Shown here piece by piece: positions 62,701-64,000 of a stretch of 64,000 nt of DNA (its first letter is position 1; every line of letters starts with the position of its first letter). The stretch comes from Botryllus schlosseri (taxonomy: Eukaryota): NCBI GenBank assembly GCA_051294905.1, contig CM119386.1, positions 806,001 through 870,000 of the forward strand, given 5' to 3'. The translations under genes and the position numbers were made by a program. Under the pieces are notes generated by a model. It had not been told where the DNA came from and ran no database searches. It saw only the letters and a list, made by a program, of their open reading frames with translations.

Positions 62701-63613
62701 TTCTAGACTGGGACAGCTAGTTAATAATTATAGCGAAATGCTGGTAACCTAAATCTAATTTAATTTGTGGAATGTTTATGTCTTCAAATTTTAATTCTAA
62801 TCTAACTCTGGTTTTCTTATGAAGCTAGCCATGTTTGGTGTACAGGCATTTGTCGTAGTTATGCTTATGAGGATGAACTCTTGATTTGATATGAACTAAG
62901 CTTGCTTTTTGTAAAGTTTCTTTTTACTTCCGAATTTCATTCCTTTTCCGAGTCTTTGTGAATTCAGAAATACTAATTCCAATTTTATTTCAAAAACAAC
63001 TCTGTAGCTATAACTCCAATTTGGTGAAGCTTAAAACTATCTAGCTATCTAACTCTGCTAAGTTCACTGCTAAACAAGGTAATGAAACATAGTTACTTTC
63101 ATCCTCTGGTGGTGGTGGAGGCGTAATCGGTGGTGGCGGAACCACTGTTGTGGCTGAAATTAATATGTTCTTTCAATATCAAGCTCAAATATGATTTTCT
63201 GCTACTACATCAAGTGCTTATGACTTCACCAGCCAAGGCTGTGTCAACATAAGGAGTTTGTGTACCTTTTAAAAATAGTACATTGAACGCTCTCTTATTC
63301 AAAATTTCATGCTGGTGACGTCATATTTTGTGATATGATCGTTGATATACAATGCTATCTCCAATTCTCTACTAGTTGCTGACGATTACCCTTGACGAGT
63401 GTCAGCCTAAAATATTTGGGTTCATTTCAATATGGATGTACTAGGCAATTTTTAATTACAACAAAGTAGGTCACAGAATAATTTGAAAAGGAATTTGCCC
63501 CAAGACTACAAAACATGGTTTAGTAGTATCATGATATAAATGCTCACCGTTCTTTTCCTCTCCCGGGGGAGGAGGTGTAGGCGGCGGCGGTGGCGGAACC
63601 GTGATATTGGTCA
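2540..63613 (-). CDS. Giant multi-exon type I membrane mucin-like protein (polyPro repeats - ~80 EGF - NIDO - AMOP - VWD - FN3x3 - PTS mucin - SEA - EGF - TM); 5' end outside window
   Basis: About 74 exons bounded by AG/GT (one inferred GC donor), with compatible phases at each junction I traced. Domain motifs are recognisable in the spliced translation. Summed exon length is about 20 kb (~6,700 aa). Confidence 0.85.
2815..3092. repeat. Interspersed repeat family B (TTCTAA/AATTAG-rich, 250-450 bp; representative copy)
   Basis: Core gaaaatgctac.ggagaactg..tagtgcgaaacgagccaag...gtacagacatttg. Copies at ~2815, 19745, 34725, 52620, 60185 and 62700 share one orientation; the copy at ~40030 is inverted. 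Confidence 0.72.
3095..4354 (-). CDS. Two juxtamembrane EGF exons (4222-4354 cbEGF; ~3095-3270 EGF)
   Basis: DFNECLDSSDNNCHAYATCTNADPGYTCSC and CELDGGSYCLNGATC...CSCAAFYLGRRC. The second exon's acceptor is uncertain (3270 or ~3250, both phase 2). Confidence 0.8.
4822..5977 (-). CDS. Cys hairpin exon (5933-5977) and SEA domain exons (5071-5183, 4822-5014)
   Basis: TCSSFQANFNGVCQ, then FFTSTIVIRRTDITFNTSLEDRNSAYYKETVLLFQNT / TSTLFRTSFDVSVITSEIYTFTSGSVVGTSDV. This matches the SEA pattern F..L.D..S..Y and the GSVV motif. Phases 1-1, 1-0, 0-1. Confidence 0.8.
6903..11096 (-). CDS. 4,194-bp Thr/Ser-rich mucin (PTS) exon, 1,398 codons
   Basis: Lies within the 1421-aa ORF 6847-11112. Acceptor TGGTCAG at 11097-11098 and donor CCCG/GTAATC at 6902, both phase 1. 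Degenerate ~17-aa repeats of the type TSxPATTSGQATES. Confidence 0.88.
11559..11978. mobile_element. hAT-type MITE (420 bp) with GACTCGA(G/A)T subterminal motifs
   Basis: TIR TAGGGCTG...CAGCCCTT and perfect 8-bp TSD GTTATAAC (11551-11558, 11979-11986). Related decayed copies at ~16100-16400, 17830-18080, 20906-21360, 27360-27880, 38060-38160, 54800-54880 and 63770-64000. Confidence 0.8.
12022..13603 (-). CDS. Two small Thr-rich mucin exons (13466-13603, 12022-12339)
   Basis: FVASTTLDTTTTTTGPVTTTTTTTD... and SPTTSTSASATVE...STTPESTTPETTTPES. Both phase 1-1, with lengths divisible by 3 (138 and 318). Confidence 0.8.
14242..14701. mobile_element. Solo LTR (460 bp) nested in a non-autonomous DNA element
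   Basis: Termini TGTAAC...GCTACA, 5-bp TSD CCCAC at 14237-14241 and 14702-14706. Removing it restores ggattacccac-(c/a)gtccaggctat, as in the uninterrupted copy near 33560. Confidence 0.8.
14990..18224 (-). CDS. Three fibronectin type III domains in 7 exons (18125-18224, 17571-17680, ~17105-17235, 16894-16977, 16618-16723, 15886-16029, 14990-15103)
   Basis: FN3 motifs FIYVTWSKP / SLNFDTEYTISMQSVY; ITSLESATSYTFEAVC; AKINWTAP..DYQIQF / DLALDTNTVISVFSLN. Phases consistent. Confidence 0.78.
15421..15802. mobile_element. hAT-type MITE (382 bp)
   Basis: TIR TAGGGTCACCATA...TATGGTAACCCTA and perfect 8-bp TSD TGTAAAAT (15413-15420, 15803-15810). The same right terminus recurs at ~25860-25875. Confidence 0.82.
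18772..23091 (-). CDS. Tandem (cb)EGF block, 9 exons (22902-23091, 22104-22296, 21396-21518, 20729-20851, 20269-20397, 19527-19639, 19328-19444, 19003-19152, 18772-18942)
   Basis: Repeated D(I/V)(N/D)EC...C.N..GS(Y/F).C.C..G(Y/F) consensus, with canonical splice sites in compatible phases. Confidence 0.88.
21083..21132. repeat. Short 11-bp tandem repeat (ttaacagtttc)x4
   Basis: Directly visible in the sequence. Confidence 0.7.
23792..24922 (-). CDS. Ig/cadherin-like linker between VWD and EGF block (24764-24922, 23792-23970)
   Basis: PPAWVTNITEIEVQVGESFTFTIEA...IDPATGIFTWTPTDN...VIFMATADG...VKLCDCSNNGSC, which resembles the region after VWD in invertebrate NIDO-AMOP-VWD-EGF mucin-like proteins. 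Confidence 0.7.
25503..29058 (-). CDS. von Willebrand factor type D domain and C-terminal extension, 7 exons (28955-29058, 28772-28859, 27924-28043, 27163-27330, 26343-26522, 26067-26218, 25503-25620)
   Basis: IGDPTFQTWDGNSYSFSAVGEYHLI, KGLYGFYDDNATNDF, FGSSWIVYENESLFNY...FTPIY: MUC4/SUSD2/mesh-type VWD motifs. Confidence 0.85.
28100..28175 (+). mobile_element. tRNA-derived SINE head or tRNA pseudogene
   Basis: A-box TGGCGCAGTGG (28107-28117) and B-box GGTTCGATTCT (28150-28160) at tRNA spacing. The acceptor and anticodon stems do not pair well. Confidence 0.55.
29170..29781. mobile_element. Non-autonomous hAT element (612 bp)
   Basis: TAGGGCGATTTT...CACCCTA termini, 8-bp TSD CTCATGAC. Internally colinear with 32455-33239. 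Confidence 0.82.
29893..32368 (-). CDS. AMOP domain, 4 exons (~32242-32368, 32105-32178, 30916-31024, 29893-30069)
   Basis: C..W...EASP-ICPPT, CFQKS...GAICCYG, GGQLVRYH, DICCQTRELCDLYKEKRPS follow the AMOP cysteine pattern. The donor at 32242 is inferred from phase and intron length. Confidence 0.8.
31272..31904. mobile_element. Foldback MITE (~630 bp, arms ~290 bp)
   Basis: 31272-~31562 is the reverse complement of ~31625-31904, flanked by the direct repeat (A)ATGGACA. Related partial copies at ~215-450, 2030-2290, 3455-3800, 14010-14900, 22360-22820 and 33290-33750. Confidence 0.8.
32455..33239 (-). mobile_element. hAT deletion derivative (785 bp) retaining the transposase C-terminal dimerisation segment
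   Basis: Decayed left TIR, right TIR AAAAATTCGCCCTA, 8-bp TSD CTAATCAG. Minus ORF 32670-32906 reads ...TAAAIERSFSVLGKLLSKDRQFLPENV, matching the hAT C-terminal ERxFS motif. Confidence 0.82.
33879..37716 (-). CDS. NIDO domain region, 5 exons (37584-37716, 36052-36260, 35360-35508, 34461-34662, 33879-33991)
   Basis: FVFGGRSYDRFYILFNGAIVL, ISPFYAD, ITITWENM, DTFQLVLTTDGSVTYAFFLF, NAGKLGVFGY: nidogen G1/NIDO consensus. Confidence 0.85.
34141..34430. repeat. Minisatellite, ~35-45-bp units (tagttctagttctagttgca.attttgaaaagtgag)
   Basis: About 7 degenerate tandem units, with a second shorter array at ~39175-39355. Confidence 0.75.
36740..37473 (+). mobile_element. 5'-truncated CR1/L2-clade LINE 3' end
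   Basis: ORF 36887-37186 (HSHYTRSSSKGNIYLP...SIDYSVPIIWNALPPHIRE...FKKALFDHLL) matches the CR1/L2 ORF2 C-terminus. It is followed by a 3' UTR, AATAAA and a (CT)n tail. A similar tail occurs at ~35295-35325. Confidence 0.78.
37791..40459 (-). CDS. EGF block, 7 exons (40328-40459, 39828-39950, 39447-39613, 38938-39020, 38750-38877, 38350-38459, 37791-37920)
   Basis: For example DVNECETEGLCGANAECMNVFGSYICEC and DINECQNADACPASGSLCVNREPGYICTC. Phases chain correctly. Confidence 0.85.
41727..43646 (-). CDS. Giant EGF exon D (1,920 bp, 15 EGF modules)
   Basis: Within ORF 41656-43674. Acceptor CTTTACAG, donor CAAG/GTTGCT, phase 1-1. Confidence 0.9.
44345..46264 (-). CDS. Giant EGF exon C (1,920 bp, 15 EGF modules)
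   Basis: ORF 44316-46220 extended upstream to acceptor TATTTCAG. Donor AAAG/GTAATA, phase 1-1. Confidence 0.9.
46596..48518 (-). CDS. Giant EGF exon B (1,923 bp, 15 EGF modules)
   Basis: Within ORF 46573-48540. Acceptor TTTTAAAAG, donor AAAG/GTAGGT, phase 1-1. Confidence 0.9.
49768..51684 (-). CDS. Giant EGF exon A (1,917 bp, 15 EGF modules)
   Basis: Within ORF 49718-51823. Acceptor CATTACAG, donor ACAG/GTGAGT, phase 1-1. Confidence 0.9.
52327..52561 (-). CDS. Linker exon (52507-52561) and cbEGF exon (52327-52446)
   Basis: TLNCSDGFQYSDITFECE / DIDECKFVQCNVSDHECFNTEGSFFCDCPEGSRDVDGFCK. Phases 0-1 and 1-1 connect the polyPro exons to exon A. Confidence 0.78.
53041..63613 (-). CDS. Array of 18 polyproline/acidic micro-exons
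   Basis: 63548-63613, 63097-63153, 62556-62621, 62045-62110, 61612-61677, 60903-60971, 60598-60660, 59962-60030, 58896-58964, 58738-58806, 57501-57569, 56678-56746, 56311-56379, 55773-55838, 55102-55167 and 54468-54533 are all phase 1-1 and 57-69 bp. 54161-54216 is phase 1-0 and 53041-53193 is phase 0-0 (double unit). All are AG/GT bounded, for example DGTPPPPPMLPPLPPMLEEFQDE. Confidence 0.82.
57654..58709. mobile_element. hAT (Charlie/Buster-like) non-autonomous element (1,056 bp)
   Basis: 14-bp perfect TIR CAGTGGTTCCCAAC/GTTGGGAACCACTG, 8-bp TSD GTCTATAT, clustered ATCGCCCCC subterminal repeats at both ends. A lone similar TIR occurs at 63682. Confidence 0.9.
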
Positions 63614-64000
63614 CTGGAGAAATAACTGCATGTTGAATGTGATCTATCATTTGCATAAAACAGGATAGTCTACAATAGGTTCAGTGGTTCTAAACCTTTT
63701 TAGCTTGGGAAGAGTAAGATTTCGGCAAAAATTTTACCGGTCAGTAAACCTTCGTACATCAAAATCAGAATTCTAATGACTCGGGTGATGAGTCAAAACG
63801 AATCGGACTCGATTCGCAATTTTTAGTTGACTCGAGTCATTTACTTAAGAACGGAATGTGTCTCGACTTGACTCAATTTGTGAACAGTCAACACGTTGCT
63901 CCCTAATTTGAACTCGAACTTGACTAGATGGTGAATTGAAAATGATTCGACTAGATGAAATAAAATTGACTTGAGACTTGAAACCTTGTGGCTTGGTTAC

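Noticed and set aside
1-64000. CRISPR array, rRNA or prokaryotic operon
   Set aside because: None was seen. The regularly spaced polyPro units are spliced micro-exons, not repeat-spacer arrays.

Overview
AT-rich animal genomic DNA; the short introns and hAT/MITE load suggest a marine invertebrate such as a tunicate, but that is inference only. Almost the whole window is the 3' part of one giant minus-strand gene. I traced about 74 exons by hand from 63613 down to a TGA at 2540-2542. The splice phases match at every junction, giving roughly 6,700 aa; the start codon and signal peptide lie beyond 64000. The order from N to C is: 18 poly-Pro/acidic micro-exons, one cbEGF, four paralogous ~1.92 kb exons of 15 EGF modules each (one module carries a conserved 44-aa C1-C2 loop), 7 EGF, NIDO, AMOP, VWD (GDPT instead of GDPH), an Ig-like linker, 11 EGF, 3 FN3, ~1,550 aa of Thr/Ser mucin (one 4,194-bp exon), SEA with GSVV, 2 EGF, a TM helix and a short tail with YDDV. 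It looks like a chimeric transmembrane mucin joining the MUC4-type and SEA-type cassettes, with many symmetric, potentially skippable exons. The introns hold hAT elements with perfect 8-bp TSDs, a solo LTR nested in a MITE, foldback MITEs, a LINE 3' end and a tRNA-derived SINE. Exon coordinates are manual predictions without transcript evidence.
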